Below, piece by piece: positions 1 to 11,194 of a DNA stretch of 64,000 nt. The notes beneath the pieces are model-generated. The model searched no databases and was not told where the DNA came from. It saw only the letters and a program-made list of their open reading frames with translations. Position 1 is the stretch's first letter, and each line of letters starts with the position of its first letter. The stretch comes from Lama guanicoe (lineage: Eukaryota): positions 9,517,186 through 9,581,185 of the forward strand of contig MU054323.1 in the NCBI GenBank assembly GCA_013239625.1. The letters are read 5' to 3'. The translations under genes and the position numbers were made by a program.

Positions 1-110
1 AACAGAAAAATAAAGCAAACAAATCACGTGGAATTATTGGATCCTTGAACTCTCTCAGAGAGTCATTTTGAAAAGCATCTTCAAGGGATGCGGTTTGTTT
101 TTCTTTTCAG

Positions 111-182
111 AAGAGACAGCAACAGAGATGGGGAGGAATCCAGATCTGCCTGCCGTCCAGGCATCCTCTCCAAATTGCGTAG
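111..182 (+). CDS. BABAM2: Candidate alternative exon, homolog of the human BRE 'RESNRDGEESSSA*' C-terminal exon; reads RDSNRDGEESRSACRPGILSKLR here
   Basis: Acceptor gtttgtttttcttttcag|A at 110/111. Phase-2 entry (AA+A=K) gives RDSNRDGEESRSA, matching 11/13 residues of the recalled human isoform tail. Possible donor AG|GTCAGA at 182/183. Usage is not shown by the sequence. Confidence 0.45.
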   Translation, partial: KRQQQRWGGIQICLPSRHPLQIA

Positions 183-894
183 GTCAGAGAGAACATGTTA
201 TTTATTAGAACCTGACATCTGTTGCTGTGAAATGATAAGCTCCATTAAAAAGCCTGGCCATCAATTACCGCTAATACCACCCGCATCCTGGAGCGGGCTG
301 CTCACCGTCCTTCCAGCCCGCGCAGACCAGGCTGCACCAGGCACGGCGTCCGCAGCCCCGCGCAGCCTCCCCACGCCCCTTCCGTGGGGCCCCTTATGCC
401 GTCTCTTCTCTGTTCCTTTGATTCTACTGTTTGGCCTCTCTGAGGTTTCTTTTAAGGACTGAAGCTCCTGGCCATGCTGCTTTCTCAGTGGAAAACAGGG
501 TGATGGTTTGCTTTCTGGTCTTGGTCACACAAGCCAGAAGACGCTGCGCACGGAAGAGTGGCTGGGAGAGCAACACATCTGGGTCCGGGGGATTCACTCA
601 GGTGTGCTGCTGTGAGAGCTGCTGATCAGCTCGGGTTTGGGTTCCAATGGTCCCTCCCAGCCACTGGGAAAGTGCCCGTGATGACCACATACAGCTGCTT
701 CCTTGTTTGTGAGTTACGCTCATTGTATTTTCTTCCTTGGAAGAATATTCAGGTGACTTAGAGTCAGAAAGGAAAGAGTAGAGGAGTTGGTTTGGGATTT
801 TTATAGTACACCAAAGTAGAAACACACTTACTAATGGAATCTGAGTTGCCTTTGAACTGTTGGAAGAAAAAAGTACAGTAAGTTAAGAAGTACA

Positions 895-1005
895 AAGAAT
901 CATGGCCTGGGAGTTACAAGACCTGGGTCTCATCTGGGCGTAATTTTCTGTGTGAACTTGGAAAAGACTCTTCACCTTTCTGGGCTTCTGTACCCTTATC
1001 TGAAA
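895..1005 (+). mobile_element. MIR-family SINE fragment
   Basis: gacctgggt...tgtgtgaacttggaaaag...cacctttctgggcttctgtacccttatctgaaa resembles the MIR core. Confidence 0.55.
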
Positions 1006-2777
1006 GTACTGGGCCAGTAGCTGATGGTCACTAAGCTCTAATATATTTCTGGGATTTTAAGTGAGAATTATGTTTAAGGTATCTTAACGTACTTTTTTAT
1101 TCATGTTGAAAAAATTCCATCTCTGTTGCCAGAGGTCAGACACAAATTGAAAACATAATAAATGGAATTAAGTGCACTATGTACGTGCTGCTTTTTTGTA
1201 CAATCCATATCTGATATTTATAGAACACTTCAGTTGTGGAACGTGCACACATCTGCCCCAAATACACACCCAGTAAAATAATTCTGGATGTAATACTTTT
1301 TCAGATGTCAAGTTAAAACAGCTTCTCAGGAATTAGGCTTGACTGTTGAGACGTGCGTGTTGGTTTCTGACAGGTGCCGCCAGGGCTGCTCAGGGCTGTC
1401 ACATGTGATGTGGAGTCCAGCCAAGGCAGGAGGGCCAAACCGTGTGTTTCTATCACTCCTCGTTAAGGCATGAGTTCTAGAAAAAAGGGAAGCAGCAAAG
1501 AACCACTATCCAGTCTGTGCACATCATGAATGACAAGCAGAGGTCTTATTTCTGCAGAAATGGGATTCTGTCTTGTCTATTGTCAGATCCTTCAGCACAG
1601 GGGCCACCTGTGAGAATGAACTAGACTCATGACCTGTTAAAATAGCAGCTTTATAGAAGTGATCAAAAACAGGGAGCAGGTACTGGGGTGGTTATCACTA
1701 CTTCGGTGACCAGCTCCCCCTGCCAAATCCACAGCTAATAGAGCAGACCTAAGTTGGGGGACTGAGCAGGGATGCATCTAGGAAGGTAAGTGTGACAGTG
1801 GGGGCCAGTCTCAGGACATGGAACATGGAAGGGACCTTAGAGATCATCTAGTACAGCCAAGACTGAGTATTGTAAGTATTAACCGTCATGGTGGAAATTA
1901 AATAAAGCGATTGGTATAAAACCTTTAGCACAGTGATTGGCATAGACTTGATATTCAATTCATCATGTTAATTTCCTGAAAGAACTTGTTGAAGGCCATG
2001 CAGTATGAAGGTTAGAACTGTGTGCCCCTGATCACTGGTCCAGGGCCTGGCCCAAGCCCCTCTGACCTCCTATGTTTAGTCTGCCTGTTTTCTGCTCCCT
2101 TGCTCATGGAAACAGCACAGCAGAGTCAAGGGCTGGAGGGTAGCATGCCTGCATGCATGTACCCATCCACCTTCTACAGGGCAGCCTGGCACGGGAACCT
2201 TCTTCCTAGTGGGTCACCCAGGAGGCAGAGGGCTGCTGTGGCCATGGGGAAAGCCCAAGGTATTCTGGAGCAGAAATAACTCTTCTGAGAGTATGAAAAC
2301 CTGGCACTGAGAACTTTTGAGGGAAGGTAAACATCCCTGTGGCCAAACTTATTACTAGAATCAATGGGCAAAAGAAGAAAGCAGTATTATAATGGAGCAG
2401 GCCAAAGGAAAGAATACTGCTTCACAGCTGCCTCCATCAAGAAGAGGATGAAAAATTCCTGTGACTCCTCTCTTCCCAGACAGAACCCCTGGCACTTAGT
2501 CATGCCTAATGGAAAATGGAAGCCAAGAAAGCAGAAGTGAGGCTGCAGTGATCTAGGGAAGTCCTTAATCCAGAATCACTTCTGAGGAGAAAAAGTGGCT
2601 TGCCTTCTAGGGTGCCCTGGATGGTCAGGGCTGAGTCTCCGGGTAGAGATGCCGTGGTAATCAGGAGAACAGGCTTTAGAGCAGCCCTGATCATAAGAAT
2701 CAAACAAAACAATGGTTTCTGTAGTTAAGTTGTTGCTAGTCATTCGTTCAGCCAACATTTAAGAGCCGTATACACTC

Positions 2778-2966
2778 CAGTAGCTCCTCGAACAACATGG
2801 GGTTAATCCACGTATAATAGAGTCAACTCTCCGTAACAAGGGTTTCTCTGCATCTGCGGATTCAACCGACCACACACTGTGCAATACTGTAGTATTTACA
2901 ATTGAAAAATGTCTGCATTTAGGAGGAACTGCACAGTTCAAACCTGCACCGTTCAGGGGTCAACTG
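2778..2966. mobile_element. TcMar-Tigger non-autonomous element (Tigger2/MER8-like)
   Basis: Degenerate left TIR cagtagctcctcgaacaacatggg, right TIR gttcaggggtcaactg followed by TA, and internal gcatctgcggattcaacc motif. Confidence 0.8.
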
Positions 2967-2998
2967 TATATAAAGAGCATGTGCAAAGCACCGGGAAC

Positions 2999-3026
<28 letters not shown>
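2999..3026. repeat. (CA)14 microsatellite
   Basis: Direct reading. Confidence 0.95.
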
Positions 3027-3030
<4 letters not shown>

Positions 3031-3509
3031 AGGTCACTACCCTACAGGTGCTAAAATGTATCCAGCTGTGTTGAAGAGCCCCAACTCCAGAGCCTGCTGA
3101 TTGATTTTTGGGACAGCCCGTCACTGGTTGAGATTCTTTTCCGAAGCTGGGGCCATCCATGGCGTTAAGTCCCCAGGACATTGAGTACAAGTCAGAATTG
3201 CAAAGCGGGAAGCTCTGGAGCTCTTCTGAAACTCAAATTCAGAAAACCAGAGTTTTCCATTATTGCTCATTTCAGTAGGCAAGAAGGTTTTCCTTAAATT
3301 AACAAATTACATATTGATACAAAGATCTGCCTTAGCTTAGAGATATAAATCATAACAGATCCATCTTCGCCTTGAACATATTAAGGAAGGCAGTAAAAAC
3401 TTAAGGTGGGTCACACTGTACAGCACTGTAAAGGAATGTTTGTCTTGGGCCCTTTCACTCCTTCTTTGCTGCCTCAATGCCCAGGAGACCCACTCTTCTT
3501 CTCCAGAGT

Positions 3510-3677
3510 TAGGGCTGCCAGTTTTAGCAATTAAAAATACAAGATACCCAGTTAAATTTGAATTCCAGATTAATACCAAAGAATTTAAAATAAGTATATT
3601 CCATGCAATACTTAGGACATCCTTATACTAAACATTATTCGAAGCTTATTTGAAATTTGAATTTATATGGCCATCCC
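3510..3677. mobile_element. MER53 palindromic hAT MITE (right end truncated)
   Basis: agggctgccagttttagcaattaaaaatacaagatacccagttaaatttgaatt...taagtatattccatgcaatacttaggacatccttatactaaa matches the recalled MER53 consensus and shows imperfect internal inverted symmetry. Confidence 0.85.
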
Positions 3678-5341
3678 AGGTGGAGGGACAACTCAAGAAC
3701 CAGTCAGAGCCATCCATCTGCCTACTTGGGTAGGGGGACCCACGCATCTTCTCCCCCAGGTAAGAAAGGCCACGCTCAGCAGAGTTCAGCAGTGCCTTCT
3801 GGTCACTTCCTGGGTAGAGACATTAAATGCCGTGGGTCCCCCTTTGTGTGTTTGGAGGTGGGAGCTGAGGTCAAGTGGGGCAGGATGTCTTGTTCTCACC
3901 GTCACATCTTCCCAGCCTGCTTTCTTCAGAACATTCTCGCAGACACTTGGCAGAATGAAGATGGCCTTTGTGGTCTAATAACTTGTCTCATGGAATAAGA
4001 GCAAGACCTCTTTCACAGTGTTTCTTCCAGGAACGTTGCTAAAAGGGTGGGCGTTAGCTGTCCTTGCAGTGTGTGTGACTTGTGACAGCCAGAGCAGGCA
4101 TGGTGGTAACTGACCAGATGTGCCTGCTCCGGGCAGTCTGGGCACCACAGTCCTGGAGCTGGAAGGACAGTCCAGCTGCCTCACTGTGCCACGGAAACAG
4201 AAGACCCAGAGAAGGAGAGTGCTTTGCCCAATATCACACATCTCTCCAGAACTGGGCCTGAACTAAAGTCCGAGTCTACTACTGTGGGTTCTTCTGTAAT
4301 AATTCAGGGGAGCTGAGAATTCCCGACACATGTTTGGTGACTTGTGACCATCTTCTCTGGATTAACTTGAATGACAGCTAGTCTCCAGATCTCCACTCAG
4401 CTGCGTGTCCTCTGGTGCTGCCACTCTCAGCTGTGTGCCTGCCTCCTCCTCTCCTTCAGGCTGAGTCTGTTAAGCCTCTGAGAGCAGGATCACTGCTGGC
4501 GGGTGGTTCATGGCACTTTCTAGACCATCCAGGTCTTGGCCCTCCCCCAGGGTGCCTCCTTGCTGATCCCATTGCCCCACCCTGCCCCAGCCTTCTGCGG
4601 TTGAGACGGAAAAATCCACCTCAAAGCAGGTGGCTTTTACCCTCTGTTTCAGAAGAGTCATTTGTCCACGTAACAGGAGGTGAAAATTATAACAAAGCAA
4701 GGCGGAGGTTTGAGCAGAATAGCACCCTTGGGCTTAAGAGTGCCTTTGTCCTATTCCTCCCAGACTAGAATGATTATCTGGCTGCCAGACGGTTCTGAGA
4801 GGAATCAGTTCACTTGGTGGTGTCACTGGCGAGGCGGTGTTAGCCCTAAGACCAGCTGGACTTGTGCCCTCAGAGAGCAAGCCTGACGGTGCAGGCAGAG
4901 CCAGCCCTCGTGGAAGCCCGGAGCGGTGATCATGGGATCTTCCACTCTTCTTATTTTCTTGTTCTTGCCACAACCTGTCATGAGACCAAGAAAACTTGTT
5001 TTGAAAATGCTTGACAGCCAAAACAACCTGTTCTCAGCCCCGGACGACAGGGTTTGTCCTCTCTGACCATTTCTGTGCTGTTTGATGTTTGACTAGCTGC
5101 TGACTGGAAAAAATGAATTTGCTGTTTTCTTCTCATATTGTTCACAGACAAGTGCCAGTCGCTTTCCAAGTCCTTGCTTCCCATTTTTTCCAGCCCTCCG
5201 CCAGAGGCGTTTTAAGACTGTGCCTGAGTCTAACTGATGAATGAACGCTGGCAACATGTACTTACAAGGATATAACTGATGGTTGCATCTCTGCAGACTG
5301 AGCTTGATATGGGGTTGTCTTTCCCAATCCCATCAGATTTT

Positions 5342-5804
5342 TTTTTAAGAAAAATTTTTTCATTGAAGTATAGTTGATTTATAGTGTTGTGTTAGCTTCT
5401 GGTGTACAGCATAGTGATTCCATTATATATATTTGTGTGTGTGAATATATATATACACACACACACACACATATATACATATATTCTTTTTCATTATAGA
5501 CATTGAATGTAGTTCCCTGTGCTATACAGTAGGACCTTGTTGCTTATCTGTTCTATATATAGTAGTTTATATCTGCTAATCCCAAACTCCCAGTTTATCC
5601 CTCCCACCTTCCCCTTTGGTAACCATAACTTCGTTTTCTGTCTGTGAACCTCTTGCTGTTTTGTAAATAAGTTCATTTGTGTCATATTTTAGAGTCTACA
5701 TCTAAGCGATATCATATATTTGTCTCTCTGTCTGATTTACTTCACTTAGTATGATCACCTCTAAGTCCATCCATGTTGCTGCAGATGGCATTATTTCATT
5801 CTTT
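5342..5804 (-). mobile_element. 5'-truncated L1 (artiodactyl-type 3' end) with 16-bp target-site duplication
   Basis: Poly-T, then attgaagtatagttgattta...ctgatttacttcacttagtatgat...gcattatttcattcttt. TSD aatcccatcagatttt (5326-5341) / aatctcattagatttt (5805-5820), reading TT/AAAA on the minus strand. Confidence 0.92.
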
Positions 5805-6082
5805 AATCTCATTAGATTTTAACCTGTGATTTTCCATTTGCATTTTGGGGTCTTTCTGGTGAAGTTGAACATGTGCATCACAATCTCTAGTTATCCCAGT
5901 GGCTAGCTTGGCTTCCACACTGGTGGCTCTGAGGCCTGCAGCAGTGTCTCTGTTCCTCCCCACAAGCCATTCCACTCTTGGATTTAGATGGTCTCAGTGG
6001 ATCCTGTGGCAGGAAGGAGCCACTTCACTCTCCCTTGGCAGATAGAAGGGTTGGACTGGTTGAACAACTGACAAACAATAAG

Positions 6083-6198
6083 CGAGGGCAAATTTAGCCA
6101 GCTGCTTGTTTTTATAAATAAAGTTTTATTGGAACACTGCCACATCCGTTCATTTACGTTTTGCCCGTGGCTGCTGTCACTCCCAAGGACTGAATTGG
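6083..6198. mobile_element. MER58-like hAT-Charlie fragment
   Basis: gggcaaatttagccagctgcttgtttttataaataaagttttattggaacac...cattta...tggctgct is a typical MER58 core. Confidence 0.8.
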
Positions 6199-8299
6199 TG
6201 GGGGTTTATTTTGCTGTATTTTTCCAGTTTATTTTGCTGTATGTCTGTATTTGTTTATTGGTCCCAACGTCTCTGGCATCCTTGGTGTCCATCCATTTTG
6301 GTGAAAAGACACCCCAGCTATGTAGTCTGACTTTATTCAGTGGCATGGTTCAAGGTGGGACACCCGTTTGTACCCACACGGAAGAGAACGCTGATTCATC
6401 TGCTTGATAGCTACACAGGAAAGGGAGCCAAATGCTGCCTTGAGAACCTGCGTGGCTGCCCAGACCCACCCACCTGCTGTCTGTGTTTGCCTTCGTCTCT
6501 GAGTCCGAGCAGTGAGATGGGGCAGGAGTAGCTCAAAGTGGCTGGGTAAGTTGGTGACTGTGGTGAGAAAAAAATAGGAAGATGCTTTGAAAAATGCAGA
6601 GACTAGAAAAGAACTAATCTTTTTCATCTTATTCCCCAATGACAGTACAAACAAGATTCCAACATAAAATTTGCATCCCAGTGCAATCCCGTACCCATGT
6701 TCCCAGTGCATAATAGGGGATCCAAAGCACAGAACTGCATGATCCTCTGGTCAGGGCCACCCTAGCCTATAAAGAACCTTTATAAAGAGAAAGGTGCCCC
6801 TTTGGGTTGGTGCAGACTTGGCTAATAGCTTTGGGTGAGGAAAACCTGCCCCTTTCGTGAGGCATCTAGCTCTAGATAAGCACACAGCTTAGCAAGTGAG
6901 CAGGGGCTGGATTGTGGCCCCCAATTGCTCCCTTGGCCAGACACCATTGTGCAGGGCAGATGCCACATTCCCTGGTGTAGCAGCTGCTCCTGCTACCTGG
7001 CAGCTTAGAAGTCCAGGGAGGTCCTCTCACAAGGCCTTGCTGGCCAACAGCAGGTTAATTCTCCTTGGCCTTGGTTTTGGAGGCTACATTAGCCCGGGCT
7101 GGCCCCCCACACACCCATTAAGACCTGTCCCCTCTGCACTGCTGGAGAGCAGGGTGGTTCAGAGCCTTAAGGCTGGGAGCTGGGTGCCCCCCGTGGCTGG
7201 GGGCACAGAGACATGGCCCTCCCCCAGCTGCACCAGGAGCCTGGATCCAATGGAGGTGCCTGTTTCGGAGAGCCCACGTCCTCCTGGTTCTTCTTTGCCA
7301 ACTCCTGACCTAAAACTGGCTCAGCTTACGGAACACACATGATTTTCCACACAGTTGTGTCTCAGAGGTAATATGCTAGCAGCACAAAGAAGTGTGTTAA
7401 GGGTCCAGAGCAGACGGGCTCATGGTGGTGGAGACTGACCTCACTCCGCAGGCACTGGGTTATGCGTCGCCCAGTGGTGCAGTGACGACATTCCGCCAGG
7501 ACCACCCTACTCTGCAGGGTGTGTTGTCAGAGCAGTTTTGAGAAGGCTATTATGAACTCTCTCCACGGGTGCGACAGCTTTGTGGTCAGATCTGATTTCT
7601 ACCTCTCCACTCACACTGGAAATTGTACTGGGGCCAGCCATGTGGGCGAATTTTGCAAGATTCCGAACCTACCCTTTCATTCTGCATCTACTAGCGGTTC
7701 CCAGCAGCTCAGGGGCTAGAGGACTGAGAAGAGAGAGAGGCTGGGAGCCCAGAGTATCAAGGACTCAGTGTCTACTTCCTGTCCACTTTCTTTGTTCTAA
7801 AAGGCCGCTGGGAACAAAGAGGAAGGTATTTTGTCGCTGTTCTGAGCCCCTAAATTGTGCAGAGTGCTATGCTAAGGAACAGTTAGGGTCCTGTGGACAA
7901 GAGCACTTCTCTCGGTGCCGTAAAAAGATGTGATTGGGGAAGAAAGGGCAGAGTGTGGGCATCAGCGCCACTGCACCCTGCGGGGAGGGTGGTGGAGGCT
8001 CCAGTAAAACTGACCTTGAGGAATAGCCCTGCACACTAGCTTGGGACCAGAGCTCCCCAGTTAGCAAATGTTTCCAATTTAAAATTTTTGCATTGCCGAT
8101 CACCAGACTCATGATGAGGTCCCTCACTTTTAGCTGCAGATACTCTAGCCAGATGTGAGATGGGGAGCAGTGCTCAATAGGGCCCCTCTAGCGGAACATG
8201 GGTGCCCCAGAACCATGCTCTTCCTGCTCCAAGTCTGCTACAAAGCCGCACAAGGCACCAAAGGTCCTCCAGGGCTGGCAGCGTGCCATCGCAGGGCAC

Positions 8300-8480
8300 T
8301 GGCTCAGATCTGATCCCACTCTGCCTTCACCATGCACCTGACCTTGGGTGGGTTACTTGCTCTCTCCAAGCCTGTTTCTTTACATGTATGGTGGGAATAG
8401 AGTAATGTTTCTTACACATGACTGTTGCTTGGATTAAAATGAGATTATTTTAAAAGCATATTGTAAACTGTAAAATACCA
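8300..8480 (+). mobile_element. MIR SINE
   Basis: tgaccttgggtgggttacttgctctctccaagcctgtttctttacatgta...ggattaaaatgaga. Confidence 0.7.
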
Positions 8481-9469
8481 AGTACCAAGTAAGTTCATTT
8501 ACTCATTCAGCAACTACTGAAGCCTACTAAGTGCTGGTGCTTTTAGGCCATGGACCGGGTATTCTAGACCTTCTTGTAACCAGGAGCTATTCAGCGAATG
8601 TGTATTAAATTAAAGTGACACGGGGGTTCCTCAGTGTGTGCGCGTAGCCATGTGATGCGGGGTGGGGGGCGGGGTGGAGGGGAGCTACTCTGGTTCGAAT
8701 TCTTACCGTGTGCCTGGCACCTTTGTCACATAACCACCACACAAGTCATGTAGAACCATCAGAGAGAAATACGCAGAGACTCAGGGAGGTTAAATAGAAT
8801 TTCCCTGAGACACACAGGCACTAAGTGACAGATCCATGTCTGAATTCAGTTCTGATTCCAAACGTTCTCCTCGCCTCAGCATGACACCAGCAGATTCCCT
8901 CTCTAGCCCTCTTTTCTTCTTCCAGGCATCCTCCAGATCAATGAGCCAGGGCAAGTCCAAGCCAAAGATGATCACCCCTAACTCTAGCTCAGGAAGTGGG
9001 AATCGTGTGAAATCAGAGTAAAATGAGGCTCTGTCACCACAAACCAATGGTCATGTTCACCAGGGTGCAGGTTTTAGGAAAACAAGAGCTTTTGAGGGAT
9101 GCTCGAAATTCCTTCCATGCTAAGCCACTGTGAGAAAAATCTCACTCAAAAAATGTACTCTTGGCAGAGGAGGGTGGATGTCTTTTCAGGCATAAAGCTA
9201 CCAGCAAGGACCCAGAAATCACTCAGGGGAGTTGCTGCTTTCCCCAGAAGATCTAGCTTTTTGAAATAAACTTAGAAAATGATTCTATTCGCCCATCTGC
9301 CTGACCCAGTGCTGAGGTCTCCCGTCCCTCTAACTCCTGGGAGAGGAGGAGGATCGTGGAGCTCTCTCCCTCGTGCTGGTTTCTAGCTCAGCAGTCAGTG
9401 CATCCTTTCCTCAAGTTTAGCACCAAGTATGTAGTCTGATAAAGAAGGGTTAAAAAAAATTTTTTTAAT

Positions 9470-9515
9470 CTTGCTTTCTTTTTTTTTAACATTTTTTATT
9501 GATTTATAATTTTTT
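9470..9515 (-). mobile_element. Extremely truncated camelid-type L1 3' tip
   Basis: ttttttttaacattttttattgatttataat resembles the reverse complement of a young camelid L1 3' terminus (from memory). Confidence 0.45.
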
Positions 9516-10204
9516 TAAGAAAAAAAAGAACTAAAGAGTTTATTGTCTCTTGGTCTCCAAAAACCAGGCCTTGCAATTGACAGTTATTGCCTAGACTTAA
9601 GAATGGATTTAGGAAAGAAGGGTTTTCATTCATTGACATTCATTCAACAGAAAGTGAGGATATTTCTGGGTCACTGGGGTGCAGCCCCCAGAAATGAACA
9701 GAGGAAGCCTCTGATGTCTCCACCAGTGGGGGGAGATATCTAAAGAGCTGCACTTAAAGATGGGCTGACCCAGGGCTCCAGAGCCAGCAACACCCGGGAA
9801 CTCCTGCCCAGGAAGGCAGCCTGGCGGGGGCTGGGGGGAGCTCAGAGCATGTGGCAGAGGCCTCAGCTCCCCCCACCATCCCAGTTCCCCGGGCCTCACT
9901 GAACCTTGGTGAGTGTGAGCCAGCAAGCTCTGCCCAAGGATAACCACAGAAGTAGACAACATGTCCACCAAAGACATCATGCAGCAGCCCCAGACAGTTA
10001 AGGTGGGATCGTTTTGTCCCGGAAGGCAAAAGTAGGCCCCACAGTGGGGGTTCCCAGGGGACAAATTCCAGTTCAGGAGAAGGAAGAACATTATGGTTGG
10101 ACGTGCTGCAGGCTCTGTGGAGGGCCTGATGCTTGTGCCAAGCCTTGAGGGTAGCTAGATTTGGGGTAGACAGGGAGGCCCCCAAAATGTTACATGGTTC
10201 AGGA

Positions 10205-10345
10205 AAGTACCCTTTATCTGCAAAGCAGAGACTCCTACTTAGCTGGCTCCCAGAATTGCCACGGGGAATTAATTATTGTTTGTGAAACTCTTGAAGATTC
10301 CCCGAGGAAAGACCTTATATGAATGCAAATTATTATTATTGTTAT
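10205..10345 (+). mobile_element. Ancient MIR/MIR1_Amn-like SINE 3' part
   Basis: aattaattattgtttgtgaaactcttgaagattccccgaggaaagaccttatatgaatgcaaattattattatt resembles the amniote CORE-SINE tail. Confidence 0.5.
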
Positions 10346-10907
10346 TAAAAGTGCTAGACGTCTGGCCTGCTGGATGATGCCCTGGCATAGCTCTGAGCAG
10401 AAACAAAAAGCCAACTCCAGGCTGAAAGTTTGCTCTGGGTGTTCGAGAGCAAAAGCAGGAAGAAGGAGCCGGCGGAGGAGGGCTTGGCGCCTGCCGGTAA
10501 AAGAGAAGCCACCCAGCTCCCACCAGGCTTAGCACGCAGCAGTGCTGTGTGTCCCCTGGGGCCAGGCCTTGTTCAGATGCATGCGTTGACTCCTGCAGGG
10601 AGCAGCCCTGGACTAGCGCAGAGCTCTCCATGAGTGAGTGAATGTTCGGTTCTCTGCTGATCTGAAGGATGGATGCTGGCCTCTACGTTCGTGGGGTCCT
10701 AAGTCGGATCTGGAGACAAAAGGGAGATGTGTAGCAACCTCAGACCGGCAGTGCCTCTGATGATGCCAATTAAGGCTCTTGAGGGAACCCCTTTAGCAAA
10801 GTGCTGGGAGAGGTCATTTATTAAATTACTGCTTCCACTTAGGAAACTGTCTGGCCAAAGTGGTTGGATTGATACCAAAGCAGTAATAATAACCATGGAT
10901 AATAGTA

Positions 10908-11025
10908 CAGTCAGCCCTCCATGTCTGTGAGGTCCACATCCAGAAATTATTCCAAAAATATTCGAAGAAAAATAGTTCCAGAAAGTTCCAAAAAGTGAAG
11001 TTTGAATTTGCCAAACACCAGCAAA
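10908..11025. mobile_element. Tigger3/MER2-like DNA transposon fragment
   Basis: TA + cagtcagccctccatgtctgtg TIR, and aaagttccaaaaagtgaagtttgaatttgcc. Confidence 0.7.
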
Positions 11026-11194
11026 TGTTTGAGAGAAGGAGGATCCCCAAATCAATTAGAAATCACCTCTCTGTCACACTCACATTGTCTGGATGAGGAA
11101 GCAGAGGAGTGACTCAGTGTCATGCAGCAGAGCCAGAGGTGAGGGCCAGTCTCCACACTCGGTCGCCTGCACTTTTTCCACTGGACATCATGGC

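Noticed and set aside
5494..5685. 63-aa ORF (MTQMNLFTKQ...)
   Set aside because: Reading frame through an L1 3' UTR.
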